The notes under the pieces: generated by a model | Seen by the model: the letters and a program-made list of their open reading frames with translations, nothing else | Databases searched by the model: none | What the model was told of the DNA's origin: nothing | Shown: positions 1-10,268 of the stretch, piece by piece | How positions within the stretch are numbered: position 1 is the first letter of the stretch | Layout: each line of letters begins with the position of its first letter | From: Chthonomonadaceae bacterium | GTDB taxonomy: Bacteria; Armatimonadota; Chthonomonadetes; Chthonomonadales; Chthonomonadaceae | Reading direction: 5' to 3' | Length of the DNA stretch: 64,000 nt | Assembly: GCA_965246955.1 (NCBI GenBank) | Contig: CBDFGA010000004.1 | Location: 1,888,100-1,952,099 of the forward strand | Made by a program: the position numbers and the translations under genes

Positions 1-1
1 A

Positions 2-967
2 GCGGTCTTCCTGTACCAGATTTTCCGGGACATCAAGACGCAGGGGACGGCGGGCCTTTTCAGCGCGACGGCGGGCATCGGGGCGGCGCTGCTGGCGCTG
101 ACTGTTTTTAACCGCCGCGCTCCAGGCAAACCGTACTTTCTGCGCTGGCGCAAACTCGGCAACGGATTCGCGCTGGGAGTTTGCGCGGCCTGCGCGTTCG
201 CCGCCTGCGCCGCTCTGGGCGTGATCTTCTACTTTGTTGCGAAAGAGGGACTGCCGACCCTTAGTCCGCGCTTCTTCCGTCTGCCCGCATCGGGCGGGCA
301 GGGCGGGATGCTGCACGCGATTGTGGGAACGGGCATCTTCATCTTTCTGGCGTCGCTGCTGGGGATTCCGCTCGGCATCATGGGCGGGATTTACCTTTCG
401 GAATTTGGCGCGAACCGGTTGGGTTGGTGGACGCGCTTCGCCGCTGACCTGCTCAACGGCGTCCCATCTATCGTGCTGGGGATTTTCGCCTACGCGCTCA
501 TCTTTGCGCCCTCGCACGGCAATCAGGGGCTTGCGGGCGGCTTCGCGCTCGGCGTGATGATGACCCCGACGATTATGCGGACGACGGAGGAACTCCTGCG
601 CCTTGTCCCGATGTCTCTGCGCGAAGGATCGCTGGCGCTGGGCGCGACGCGGGCGCGGACGGTCTGGCAGGTGATTTTGCCGGCGGCGCGGGGCGGAATC
701 GTGACGGGCGTTCTGCTGGCAATCGCCCGAATTGCGGGCGAGACGGCCCCCCTGCTCATGGTCGGCTGCGATACAACTTTCTGGAACCTTGACCCGCGTA
801 AGCCCATCGCCTCGCTCCCAATGCAAATCTATAAGCTCCGCGACGAGACCGGCAGCGCGGCGTATCAGCAACTCTGGGGGGTGGCCCTGCTGCTCGTTTT
901 GCTGGTGCTGGTATTCAGCCTTTTCGCCCGCTACGCCACCCGCGACCGGATGAAAATGAGCGCGTGA
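2..967 (+). CDS. pstA: Phosphate ABC transporter permease PstA, 5' partial (frame open to window start)
   Basis: Multi-TM protein with permease loop (IARIAGETAPLLM). Open frame from nt 2 with no stop. Directly upstream of pstB-phoU. Confidence 0.85.
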   Translation, partial: AVFLYQIFRDIKTQGTAGLFSATAGIGAALLALTVFNRRAPGKPYFLRWRKLGNGFALGVCAACAFAACAALGVIFYFVAKEGLPTLSPRFFRLPASGGQGGMLHAIVGTGIFIFLASLLGIPLGIMGGIYLSEFGANRLGWWTRFAADLLNGVPSIVLGIFAYALIFAPSHGNQGLAGGFALGVMMTPTIMRTTEELLRLVPMSLREGSLALGATRARTVWQVILPAARGGIVTGVLLAIARIAGETAPLLMVGCDTTFWNLDPRKPIASLPMQIYKLRDETGSAAYQQLWGVALLLVLLVLVFSLFARYATRDRMKMSA

Positions 968-1140
968 AATTATTTTGAACGCGGATTACACGGATTGATA
1001 CGATTACACAGATTTCCTGCTGTGTCCCGCTTGCTGCAAGGTGACGCGCTTGCAGGCAGAAATTGAAACATTTGTGGAACAATCCCACTCGGTGTAATCC
1101 AAATTAAAAAGAACGAAAAACGAAAAGAAGCGTCTAAACT

Positions 1141-1914
1141 ATGGAAGAGCCATTCGCGGAAAACGCCTGTATCGTGGCGAAAAACGTCAATTTTTATTAT
1201 GGAAAGTTTCAGGCGCTAAAAAGCATTACGCTGGACATTCCGGCGCGGCAGGTCACGGCGTTTATGGGGCCTTCGGGGTGCGGAAAGTCCACCTTTTTGC
1301 GGACAATCAACCGCATGAATGACCTGATCGCCGGAACGCGGCTTGAGGGCGAACTGACGCTGAACGGCGTAGACCTGTACGCCCGCAATATTGACGTGGT
1401 GGCGCTGCGGATGCGCGTCGGGATGGTCTTTCAGAAGCCGAATCCGTTCCCGATGAGCATCTGGGACAACGTGGCCTACGGCCCGAAACTGCACGGCAAA
1501 CGCAATAAGTCTGAACTCGACGCGCTGGTCGAAAAAAGCCTGACGCAGGCGGCCCTGTGGGACGAAGTGAAAGACGCGCTGAAAAAATCGGCGTTCGAAC
1601 TCTCCGGCGGGCAGCAGCAGCGTCTTTGCATTGCGCGGGCGCTGGCGGTTGCGCCGGAAGTGATTTTGATGGACGAGCCATGCTCGGCCCTTGATCCCGT
1701 CTCCACGATGCGGGTGGAGCAGTTAATCGAAGAATTAAAGCGGCAGTACAGCATCATTATCGTGACGCACAATTTGCAGCAGGCAGCGCGAATTTCGGAA
1801 AAGACCGCCTTTTTTTACAAGGGCGAACTGATTGAGGCGGGCGACACCAAACAGATATTCACTTGCCCGCGAGAAACGCGCACAGAAGATTACGTGCAGG
1901 GGCGTTTCGGCTGA
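1141..1914 (+). CDS. pstB: Phosphate ABC transporter ATP-binding protein PstB
   Basis: Walker [13 protein letters not shown] signature LSGGQQQR, Walker B ILMDEP. PstB-like N-terminus. Confidence 0.95.
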   Translation: MEEPFAENACIVAKNVNFYYGKFQALKSITLDIPARQVTAFMGPSGCGKSTFLRTINRMNDLIAGTRLEGELTLNGVDLYARNIDVVALRMRVGMVFQKPNPFPMSIWDNVAYGPKLHGKRNKSELDALVEKSLTQAALWDEVKDALKKSAFELSGGQQQRLCIARALAVAPEVILMDEPCSALDPVSTMRVEQLIEELKRQYSIIIVTHNLQQAARISEKTAFFYKGELIEAGDTKQIFTCPRETRTEDYVQGRFG

Positions 1915-2109
1915 CGCATAAGTTTTCCGCAACCATTTTGCCCCGAATCGCGTATGAGAGTTATTGCTGTGGCGGCAACGCAAGGTGGCGGCGGCTAAAG
2001 GGCCGACAGCGATTCTCCGATAAAGTAGCAGGATAGAAGAAAGCAGAAGCAGTCCCAGACGACACTTTTCCCCGCGTGAAAAGCGTTTCCGACTGTCGCG
2101 AGGCGAGTC

Positions 2110-2811
2110 ATGGTGGCCCGGACGAGAGCGCATTTCGATCAGGAAATACACACGCTGCAAAACACGATGCTGGAGATGGCAACCTGCGCCGACTGGATGC
2201 TGTCCGCCGCCGTAGAAGCCCTGATGACGGGGGACGCCGAGGCGATCCGCAGCGTCGTCCTGCGCGACAATGTGGTGGACGATTTCGATATCGTCATCGA
2301 AAGCAAATGCCTTTCCCTGATCGCCACGCAGCAGCCGGTGGCCCGTGATCTGCGCGTGATTGGGACGGCCCTGAAAGTTATCACGGACATCGAACGGATT
2401 GGCGATTATGCGGTGGACATCGCCAAAATCGGACGGCGTATGGTGCGCTCCCACGAACTGTACCGCCCGCTCGTTGATCTGCCCCTGCTCGCCCGCCTGA
2501 CCCGCGATATGCTGCACGACGCATTACAGGCGTTCGTCAATCACGATTTAGACCTGGTGCGAAAGGTCATTGACGACGATGACGCGGTGGATAAACTTTA
2601 CCATCAGATGCGCGACGACCTGACGATCCATATTCTAAGCGCGGGGCCGCACAAATACGCCGCCCTGAGCAGCCTGTTCGCGGCAAAGTATCTGGAACGC
2701 GCCAGCGATCACGTCGTCAATATCGCCGAGCGGGTGAACTTTATCGAAACGGGCGAAGCGCGGAAACTCAGCGCCTCCGCCCCGACTCTCCTCCACGCCT
2801 CGCTGATTTAG
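2110..2811 (+). CDS. phoU: Phosphate signalling regulator PhoU
   Basis: Two PhoU repeats (DxxxD, ERIGDYAVDIAK motifs). Conserved pst-phoU order. Confidence 0.9.
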   Translation: MVARTRAHFDQEIHTLQNTMLEMATCADWMLSAAVEALMTGDAEAIRSVVLRDNVVDDFDIVIESKCLSLIATQQPVARDLRVIGTALKVITDIERIGDYAVDIAKIGRRMVRSHELYRPLVDLPLLARLTRDMLHDALQAFVNHDLDLVRKVIDDDDAVDKLYHQMRDDLTIHILSAGPHKYAALSSLFAAKYLERASDHVVNIAERVNFIETGEARKLSASAPTLLHASLI

Positions 2812-2925
2812 CCGCCGCCAGAACGCAATGGCCCTGCGGCGGTTGCCGTCAGGCAGGAAACGCCCGCCGCCGCGCCGAAAGGATCGGCAGAAATTCGCCC
2901 GATGTTTTGCAATGAAGGACGCGCC

Positions 2926-4284
2926 ATGACCGACCCAACCGCCGCCAACTCCCCCGCTCCGCCCCCCGATGAACTCGCCGCTCTGCTGCAACTGGGCCAG
3001 CTCCTTAATTCCAGCCTGGACTTAAAGCACGTTCTGGAGACCGCCATTGAGCAGGTCATTGCGTTTGTCGGGGCGGAACGCGGCTTTATTCTGCTGGTGG
3101 ACGTGGAAAGCGGGCGCGTGTGGGGCGAGGCTCTCCGCAACATCGAAAAGGCGGCGCTGGAGGCCACCCTTTCCGGGGCGGACGAACACAACCGGGCGGA
3201 GATTAGCCGCTCGCTTGTGGAAAGCGTACTGGAAACGCGCCGCCCCGTGCTGGCCCACAACGCGATGGAAGACCCGCGCTTCGCGAACCGGCAGAGCGTG
3301 CAGCTTTCCAGCCTACGTTCCGTTCTGTGCGTTCCGCTGCTGGCGCAGGGGCGTTTGCTCGGAATCATCTATCTGGATAACCGCATTAAATCCGGCGTTT
3401 TCACCGATCACCATCTTTCGCTGCTGTCCGCTTTTGGCAATCAGGCGGCGGTCGCGCTGGAAAACGCCCGCCTTTACGACAATCTGCGCCGCTCCCTCGA
3501 AGAGCGAATCCGATTGCAGGACGAACTGCACCAGCAGGAGACGCAGCGGATCGCCTTAGAGGAAGCCAGCCGCTTAAAATCCGACTTTATCGGGTTTGTG
3601 GCGCATGAACTCCGCAACCCGCTCACCACGATTCGCGGCTACGTCCAGACCATGATGCAGGACGAAGAGAACACGCTGGGCGAGGAGATCAAGCAGGAAT
3701 TTTACGAGGCGATTGAAGCCGACTCCGACCGCCTGCTGGATATGATTAACGAACTGCTGGACGTATCGCGATTGGAAGCGGGGCGTCCGCTGTCGCTGGC
3801 CCTCAAAACGTTCGAACTGCGCCCGCTGCTGGAAAAACTGGCCCGCCGCCACCGCTTTTACAAATTTTTCACCCGCAAGCACGAAATGATTACCGACCTC
3901 GCGCCCGACCTGCCGGAAATGATTGAGGCGGACGAGGACAAGCTGAATCAAGTCTTCTCCAACCTCCTCTCCAACGCCATCAAATACTCGCCTGACGGGG
4001 GACAAATTCGTCTCTCCGCTGCCCGCGAAGGCGATGCAGTTCTGATTATTGTCAAGGATTCCGGCGTAGGAATGACCGCAGAACAGGCGGGCAAACTGTT
4101 TCAGCAGTATGAGCGTCTGGAGCGCGACGACATCAAAAACATTCCCGGAACCGGGCTTGGCCTGTATCTCGTGAAGCATCTGGTCGAAATGCACGGCGGC
4201 AAAATTTGGGCGGAAAGCCAGCCCGGACAGGGCAGCGCGTTCCATGTCGAACTCCCAATAAAAATGATGAATCATGAACGATGA
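2926..4284 (+). CDS. GAF-domain sensor histidine kinase
   Basis: GAF region followed by HisKA H-box (HELRNPLTTIRGY) and HATPase N/G boxes (GTGLGL). Start at 2926 has an AAGGA SD; 2902 is the alternative. Last eight codons lie inside repeat D1. Confidence 0.8.
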   Translation: MTDPTAANSPAPPPDELAALLQLGQLLNSSLDLKHVLETAIEQVIAFVGAERGFILLVDVESGRVWGEALRNIEKAALEATLSGADEHNRAEISRSLVESVLETRRPVLAHNAMEDPRFANRQSVQLSSLRSVLCVPLLAQGRLLGIIYLDNRIKSGVFTDHHLSLLSAFGNQAAVALENARLYDNLRRSLEERIRLQDELHQQETQRIALEEASRLKSDFIGFVAHELRNPLTTIRGYVQTMMQDEENTLGEEIKQEFYEAIEADSDRLLDMINELLDVSRLEAGRPLSLALKTFELRPLLEKLARRHRFYKFFTRKHEMITDLAPDLPEMIEADEDKLNQVFSNLLSNAIKYSPDGGQIRLSAAREGDAVLIIVKDSGVGMTAEQAGKLFQQYERLERDDIKNIPGTGLGLYLVKHLVEMHGGKIWAESQPGQGSAFHVELPIKMMNHER

Positions 4285-4367
4285 ATAATGAATCCAATAC
4301 GCCCGCTTGCTCGCCACATTCACGAATAGCAAGCGGGCGCATTTTGATTCATCATTCATCATTTTCC
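4264..4367. repeat. MITE-like palindromic element, family D (GAATGAT heptad arms), copy 1
   Basis: Terminal inverted repeats atgatgaatcatgaacgatgaataatgaatcc / ggattcatcattcatcat. Inner palindrome cgcccgcttgct..agcaagcgggcg. Second copy at 47304-47406. Confidence 0.8.
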
Positions 4368-4435
4368 TCCCTCCCCCTAAAACGACGGGGCAAACTGTCC
4401 GAAGATAATTCATCAGGCAGGGGGAACACAGGGAA

Positions 4436-5305
4436 ATGGATTTCAAACGCATTGAAGTAAAACTGGCAAGAGCGACGACGCTGCCGATTTTGCCGCACGC
4501 CGTCACGCAAATTCTGGGGCTGTCGGATGGTACAGACGTGACGCCCCGCGATTTTGAACGGATTATCGTTAAGGACTCGGCGCTGACCGCCAAAATTTTG
4601 CGGACGGCGAACTCCGCCTATTTCAACCGGTCCGGCGAGATCGCCTCGCTGGGGCGGGCCATTGACCAACTCGGCATGAATACCGTGCGCTCGATTTGCG
4701 TTGCGTCGGCGTTTCAGTCCCGCGTCAGCTCCAAATCGCTGTGCCGCTCGTTTAATACCAACGATTACTGGACGCACAGTCTGTCGGTCGCGTGTCTGGC
4801 GAAGGTGCTGGCGAGCGTGACGAAATATCCGCGCGCGGAGGAGGCGTTTATCGCCGGTCTGTTCCACGACATCGGAAAGATGGCGATTGCCATGCTGCTG
4901 CCGGAGGAAGGGGCGCGTATCTACCAGACGGCGATGCTGCGGAAAATTTCGCATTACGAGGCGGAAGAGAGTATTCTGGAGGCGTCGCATCAGGAAATCG
5001 GGCTTCGCGCCGCCGAACTGTGGGGCCTGCCAAAAGTCTTTCTGGGGCCAATCTCCCAGCATCATACGCCCTGGATGACGGAAGAACCCGACCCCCTGAC
5101 AGACTTGATTCATGTGGCGAACGGACTGGCGCATCAGAACGGCATGGGTTACGCGGTCAGCGGCGAGATCAATCAGCCGGACGCGGCAATGATGGAGGCG
5201 ATGGGAATTTCCGAGGCGCAACTTACTATGATTATTACGGTGGTCAGCGTTGAAATCGCGAAATTGCAGCCTGTCTTCGGCCTTTCCGAATCGAAAGCGG
5301 CGTAG
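4436..5305 (+). CDS. HDOD domain signalling protein
   Basis: HDOD motifs (LPILPHAVTQIL, LFHDIGKMAI). Confidence 0.8.
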   Translation: MDFKRIEVKLARATTLPILPHAVTQILGLSDGTDVTPRDFERIIVKDSALTAKILRTANSAYFNRSGEIASLGRAIDQLGMNTVRSICVASAFQSRVSSKSLCRSFNTNDYWTHSLSVACLAKVLASVTKYPRAEEAFIAGLFHDIGKMAIAMLLPEEGARIYQTAMLRKISHYEAEESILEASHQEIGLRAAELWGLPKVFLGPISQHHTPWMTEEPDPLTDLIHVANGLAHQNGMGYAVSGEINQPDAAMMEAMGISEAQLTMIITVVSVEIAKLQPVFGLSESKAA

Positions 5306-5309
5306 CAAC

Positions 5310-5520
5310 CCGTTCGCAATCCCGCCAATCGCAACGCGGAGACCGGGAGGCGCAACGACCCGCCCGCAATGCAGAGGCCGCGCAGCGACCGAACGCAACG
5401 CCCCCCCGAACCGATAGCGCAGACCGGGCCGCAAACAAAACTGGAGACCGGGCCGCGCAGCGACCCGTCTGGGAGGCCTGCGGCCAACCGTCCTGCGGAC
5501 GGGAACGCTTGTTTACGCGA
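5310..5520. repeat. Intergenic repeat family E (gaccgggccg..gacccgtctgggaggcctgcggccaaccgtcctgcggacgg), copy 1
   Basis: About 85% identical block recurs at 19262-19400. Contains internal caatcgcaaygcg direct repeats. Confidence 0.6.
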
Positions 5521-5566
5521 TGCGATGAGTTACTTCGCGCTGTCCCTTAGTTTAGAGATTGAATAG

Positions 5567-5612
5567 AGTTCCCTCCCTGCCGACCGGCAGGAAGGGAATT
5601 TTTTTGTGACGA
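5567..5612 (+). terminator. Rho-independent terminator
   Basis: Hairpin ttccctccctgccg/cggcaggaagggaa followed by TTTTTTT. Confidence 0.65.
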
Positions 5613-5736
5613 CCGCAAAATCAATGCGTGAATCGGCGTTCTGATTTTCTCATGCTCAATCGGAAGGCGCGGCTGGGGTATAATCTATACAATAAGAAAC
5701 GGAAGCAGGCTTAACGAGAGAAAACGGGGTTTTGGA

Positions 5737-6204
5737 ATGGCGCATACGATGATTGAAGGCGATATGATGGCGGGCGGAATTTCGCTGGCGATTGTGGTCA
5801 GCCGGTGGAATGAGTTCTTGACGAAAGAATTGCTGGCGGGGGCGTTAGACGCGCTGCGGCGGCACGGCGCGGACGATTCAAAAATTACGGTCGCGTGGGT
5901 CCCCGGCAGCTTCGAGATTCCAGTGGCGGTACAGGCGCTGGCGAAATCGGGGAAGTACGACGGAATTGTGGCGCTGGGCGCGGTGATTCGCGGGGCCACA
6001 AGCCACTACGACCATATCGCGGGGGCGGTCACGAGCGGCCTCTCCCGCATTGCGCTGGACACGGGCCTTCCCGTCGCGTTCGGCGTCCTGACAGTGGAGA
6101 GCATTGAGCAGGGCATCGAGCGCTCCGGCAGCAAAGCGGGCAACAAAGGCGCGGAAGCGGCCCTCGTCGCGGTCGAAATGGCGAATTTGCTGAAGAAGTT
6201 TTAG
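5737..6204 (+). CDS. ribH: 6,7-dimethyl-8-ribityllumazine synthase
   Basis: Lumazine synthase fold motifs (VVSRWNEF, GAVIRGATSHYD). Confidence 0.9.
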   Translation: MAHTMIEGDMMAGGISLAIVVSRWNEFLTKELLAGALDALRRHGADDSKITVAWVPGSFEIPVAVQALAKSGKYDGIVALGAVIRGATSHYDHIAGAVTSGLSRIALDTGLPVAFGVLTVESIEQGIERSGSKAGNKGAEAALVAVEMANLLKKF

Positions 6205-6314
6205 GTATTCAGGTGTTCGGTGTTCGGGTGTTCAGGTACTGGTCGCTTTCGTGGTAATTTGTATAAACTTTCATCGGTGAGATAAACGCCTGAACACCGA
6301 ACACCTGAACACCC
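6205..6314. repeat. MITE-like palindromic element, family A (GGTGTTC heptad arms), copy 1
   Basis: Arms attcaggtgttcggtgttcgggtgttcaggt / cctgaacaccgaacacctgaacaccc. Fills the ribH-ribE gap. Confidence 0.8.
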
Positions 6315-6331
6315 TTTTTAAGAGGACTATC

Positions 6332-6937
6332 ATGTTTACAGGACTGGTTGAGGAGAGCGGGATTGTGGCGGCGTCGGAAGTTCAGGGCGAGACGGCGCGG
6401 ATCACGGTGGCGGCGGAAATCGTGCGCGTCGGCGCGGCGCTGGGCGACAGCGTAGCGGTCAACGGGTGCTGCCTGACGGTGGTCGCCATTGCGGGCGAAA
6501 ACCTGTCTTTCGACGCCGTGCCGGAGACGATGCGCCGGACGAATCTGGGCGACTTGAAGGCGGGTGACGTGGTGAATCTGGAGCGTCCGCTGCTGCCGAC
6601 GGCGCGGCTTGGCGGGCATTTTGTTCAGGGGCATATTGACGGCGCGGGAATCGTGCGAGCGATTACGCCGGATCAAAACGCGGTTGTATTTGAGATTGAA
6701 GTTCCGTCCGCGCTTCGCCGATACATTATTGAGAAGGGTTCGATTGCGGTGGACGGCATCAGCCTGACCGTCGCAAGTGTGACCGATACCGGATTTACCG
6801 TCTGGATTATTCCGCACACGCGGGAGGTCACGACCCTGAAACAGCGGCAGGTCGGCGACCGCGTGAATCTGGAATGTGATATGCTGGGCAAATATGTCGA
6901 GCGGCTTTTGCAGTTTTCCGATAAGTCGGGCGCGTAA
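6332..6937 (+). CDS. ribE: Riboflavin synthase alpha chain
   Basis: MFTGLVEE N-terminus, duplicated lumazine-binding half domains (GDSVAVNGCCLTV, GSIAVDGISLTV). Confidence 0.9.
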   Translation: MFTGLVEESGIVAASEVQGETARITVAAEIVRVGAALGDSVAVNGCCLTVVAIAGENLSFDAVPETMRRTNLGDLKAGDVVNLERPLLPTARLGGHFVQGHIDGAGIVRAITPDQNAVVFEIEVPSALRRYIIEKGSIAVDGISLTVASVTDTGFTVWIIPHTREVTTLKQRQVGDRVNLECDMLGKYVERLLQFSDKSGA

Positions 6938-7119
6938 TTTTGCCGCATCGAAGCATAACAATCGAATTTTCAGCCCCGTGAAACGCATCGCCCCAAACCC
7001 TGCGTATAGAACGGGGCGCGATTCTGCGCCATATACCGGTCGCTCCGGCAATCGTCCAAAGGCCGGAACGACAATTTTCTGCCAAATACTGTGTCGTTTT
7101 CCACGAAAGGAATTGCGCT

Positions 7120-8370
7120 GTGTTGCGAGACGCCTTCCGTAGTCTGTTCGCGCTTACTGCTATTTTTTGTGTTTTATTGCCTCCTGCTATGGCCTCCGCG
7201 CAGTCGGTTTCTCCGCGTCTGCCCGTCGCCGCGCCGCTGATTTTGCCGGGAATGGCCCCGCAAATTGTGGTGACGCTTTCCAGCCCGAACTATTTCATCC
7301 GGGCCGACTCCCGCACCGGCGCTCCGATTATGCCGCGAGATGTTGCGGCGAGCGCGGCGGTCGTGAACTGGCCCGCCGGAATCGCGCCGCCGCCGACTTT
7401 CCTCTGGCACGTTTATCTGGACTGGAAAATGCCGGGGTGGGACGGCTTCGAGACGCGCCACCCGATTGACGAAAAGACCTTTATGGCGGCGAGTCCGTTC
7501 CGGCCCGATCTGTCCGGCGCGGTGCGGGGCGGCGTTTTGACCATCTACGCAAAGGCCGTGCTAAACGGGCGGGAGATCATCGGAAGCGCAAAAGCGAACG
7601 TAATTGGGTTTAATCCGTCGCGGCGGGCTGTGCTTGCCGGGTTTCCGGTCTCGCGGTTCGGGCTGATCGCCTCCAAAATCGGAACGATTGAGAGCGGGCT
7701 GCGGCAGTTCACGCCGTCGTCGCTTTCTAAGGCGGGCGGGCAGCCGATAGTCTCCCCGTCTGGCGATGTGGGAATGATGCAGTTGAACGCGCCGACCGGG
7801 GCAATTACTTCGAGCGATCAGGTGTGGGACTGGCGGCAAAACGTGCGGCGCGGCCTAGAGATGTTGGCTGGCAAGGGCAGGACAAGCGTCGTGGTATCGC
7901 GTGGCGGCATGGGGCGCGGCTGGCAGCGCCCGTCGGAACGCGGGCTGCAATGTCTGGTCAACCTGAACGCCGCCCGTCTGCTGCTCGGTCTGACCCCGCT
8001 TGCCGCCCCGGAAGCGCCGCCGCTGTCCGCCGTTCCCGGTTCCGGCATCCTTCCCGGCGAGACCGACCCCGATCATGTCGCGCTCAGTCAGCTGGAACGG
8101 GACGCGATTCGCCGCTATAACGGCGGGCGAGAATACGCCTTCGTCCTCGTTCCCGACCCCGATTCGCTGACGATTGCCCGCGCCGGTTGGGAAGTAGACC
8201 CGACTCGCGGCGGGATACGGGCAAGTTCCGGCGCTCCCGATTATGTGACGCGAGCATTGGCGGCACGGAGCGGTATGATCTACCCGCCGCCACGCCCGAA
8301 GACCGTAAAAAGGGAAAAGGGGCGGGGAAAAAGAAAAAGGCATATTGCGCGGCGCGGAGCGAAAAAGTAA
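7120..8370 (+). CDS. Secreted protein with lytic-transglycosylase-like motif (putative peptidoglycan-recycling enzyme)
   Basis: Signal peptide ending AMASAQS. GMMQLN...W motif resembles the SLT catalytic region. Lys/Arg-rich C-terminal tail. Overlaps murQ start (TAATG). Confidence 0.45.
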   Translation: MLRDAFRSLFALTAIFCVLLPPAMASAQSVSPRLPVAAPLILPGMAPQIVVTLSSPNYFIRADSRTGAPIMPRDVAASAAVVNWPAGIAPPPTFLWHVYLDWKMPGWDGFETRHPIDEKTFMAASPFRPDLSGAVRGGVLTIYAKAVLNGREIIGSAKANVIGFNPSRRAVLAGFPVSRFGLIASKIGTIESGLRQFTPSSLSKAGGQPIVSPSGDVGMMQLNAPTGAITSSDQVWDWRQNVRRGLEMLAGKGRTSVVVSRGGMGRGWQRPSERGLQCLVNLNAARLLLGLTPLAAPEAPPLSAVPGSGILPGETDPDHVALSQLERDAIRRYNGGREYAFVLVPDPDSLTIARAGWEVDPTRGGIRASSGAPDYVTRALAARSGMIYPPPRPKTVKREKGRGKRKRHIARRGAKK

Positions 8371-9290
8371 TGAGCGTCCCGGCCTTATTTTTCCCGGAAC
8401 AGTTTGCGGGGCTGGAAACGGAGGCGCGAAACCCGCGCACCGCCGATCTGGACACGCTTGCGATTCCTGAACTGGTGACGCGGCTGCACGCGGAGAATTT
8501 CTTGGTGGCGGACGCGGTGCAAAAAACGCTGCCGGAGATCGCCCGCGTCGTGGAAATTCTGGCGGCGCGGCTGGGAAACAATGGGCGGCTGTTTTATGTC
8601 GGGGCAGGGACGAGCGGGCGGCTGGGCGTACTGGACGCAAGCGAGTGTCCGCCGACTTTTGGCGTTTTGCCGGAATTGGTTCAGGGGATTATCGCGGGCG
8701 GCGCTGCCGCCCTCACCCGCTCCATTGAGGGCGCAGAGGACAGCGCGGAAATGGGCGCGACCGACCTGCGGGAACGCGGCGTTACTGTCGCCGACGCGGT
8801 AATCGGCATTGCGGCGAGTGGACGAACGCCTTATGTCATCGGGGCGTTGGACGCGGCGCGGGAGATTGGCGCGGCGGCGTTCGCGGTGACAAACGTTTCC
8901 GATTCGGAACTCTCGCGCCACGCGGAGATTACCATTGCCGCCGTGACCGGGCCGGAACCGCTGACCGGTTCCACGCGCCTGAAAGCGGGAACAGCGCAAA
9001 AAATGGTCTTGAATATGCTGACGACCGCCGCCATGATTCGCCTCGGCAAGGTCTATGACAACCTCATGGTGGACGTTTGCGCCACAAATGAAAAACTCCG
9101 CGACCGCGCCGTCCGAATTGTGATGTCCGCGACGGGCGCTGATAGGCAGGCGGCGGAAGCGGCGCTGATCGAAGCGCAGGGCGGCGTGAAGACGGCGATT
9201 GTCCTGCTCGCCTGCCGGGTCTCCGCGTCCGAAGCGAAGGCGCGGTTAGACGCGGCGGGGGGCTGGGTGCGGACGGCGCTCATTGCGTAA
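8370..9290 (+). CDS. murQ: N-acetylmuramic acid 6-phosphate etherase MurQ
   Basis: SIS domain, GAGTSGRLG motif. ATG overlaps the upstream stop (TAATG). Confidence 0.85.
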   Translation: MSVPALFFPEQFAGLETEARNPRTADLDTLAIPELVTRLHAENFLVADAVQKTLPEIARVVEILAARLGNNGRLFYVGAGTSGRLGVLDASECPPTFGVLPELVQGIIAGGAAALTRSIEGAEDSAEMGATDLRERGVTVADAVIGIAASGRTPYVIGALDAAREIGAAAFAVTNVSDSELSRHAEITIAAVTGPEPLTGSTRLKAGTAQKMVLNMLTTAAMIRLGKVYDNLMVDVCATNEKLRDRAVRIVMSATGADRQAAEAALIEAQGGVKTAIVLLACRVSASEAKARLDAAGGWVRTALIA

Positions 9291-10226
9291 TCAAGTCGCA
9301 AGGCACGCTTCCAGCAGCGTCAACGTTCGGGATTGCGCGTCGAGGCGGGCGCGGATTCCCAGCGGCAGGGTGAGCGGGTTAGGGGCGTGACCGAACGGGA
9401 AACCGAAGAGGGCGGGGCGGTTCAGCGGCGTGAAAGTGTCCCGCCACAGCGAATCGGGCGTATTGATTTCCGGGCGGGCTTCCTGTTTTTGCCAGCCGGT
9501 GATTTCCCCGATAACAAAGCCCGCCGCCGATTGCAATAGCCCCGCATTCTTCAACTGCGTCAGGCAGCGGTCGGCGCGGTAAACCGCTTCGCCGACATCT
9601 TCAATCAAAACTAGTTTGTCCGTGAAATCGGGCGCGTCCGGCGTACCGCAGGCCGAGGCCAGCAAGGTAAGGCAGCCGCCCGCAAGCTCCCCCTCCACCA
9701 TGCCGCCGACAACCGTCTGCAAATTTTCCGAAGCGACAGGATATTCCCCGAAAGGTTCCATCACTTCTAAAATCCGCCAGAAAACGGACTGCGCCGCTGC
9801 GTCGCATTTTGCCAGCGTGGTCAGCATCGGGCCGTGAAATGTCACCAGTCCGCAGCGTCGCGCCAGCGCCAGATGCAGCGAGGTCACATCGCTGTACCCG
9901 ACGAAGATTTTGGGGTTGGCCCGAATTGCACTCCAGTCCAGCAAGTCCAGCAGGCGCATTGCTCCGTAGCCGCCGCGAACGCAGAAAATCGCTTTGACTT
10001 CCCGATGGGCAAAAAGGCGGTCCAGGTCAGCGGCGCGGTCGGCGTCACTGCCCGCCAGATAGCCGCAATGGAGCGCGGCATCCAGAACGCTTTTACCCAG
10101 CGCCACCCGATAGCCCCGCGCCTCCAGAAGCCGAACGCCCGCCGCAACCGTATCGGCGTCGGCAGGGCTGGCCGGGGCCGCAATCCCAATCAAATCGCCG
10201 GAACGCAGCGCTTTCGGTCGAATCAA
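9291..10226 (-). CDS. ldcA: LD-carboxypeptidase (peptidase S66, LdcA-like)
   Basis: S66 motifs (GYSDVTSLH, VLIEDVGE). Likely TTG start with AGGAGG SD. Longer ORF-track start runs into repeat C1. Confidence 0.75.
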   Translation of the reverse strand: MIRPKALRSGDLIGIAAPASPADADTVAAGVRLLEARGYRVALGKSVLDAALHCGYLAGSDADRAADLDRLFAHREVKAIFCVRGGYGAMRLLDLLDWSAIRANPKIFVGYSDVTSLHLALARRCGLVTFHGPMLTTLAKCDAAAQSVFWRILEVMEPFGEYPVASENLQTVVGGMVEGELAGGCLTLLASACGTPDAPDFTDKLVLIEDVGEAVYRADRCLTQLKNAGLLQSAAGFVIGEITGWQKQEARPEINTPDSLWRDTFTPLNRPALFGFPFGHAPNPLTLPLGIRARLDAQSRTLTLLEACLAT

Positions 10227-10268
10227 ATCGGCCTCCTGAAGAAAGGAAACAGGGAACAGAAAATACTT

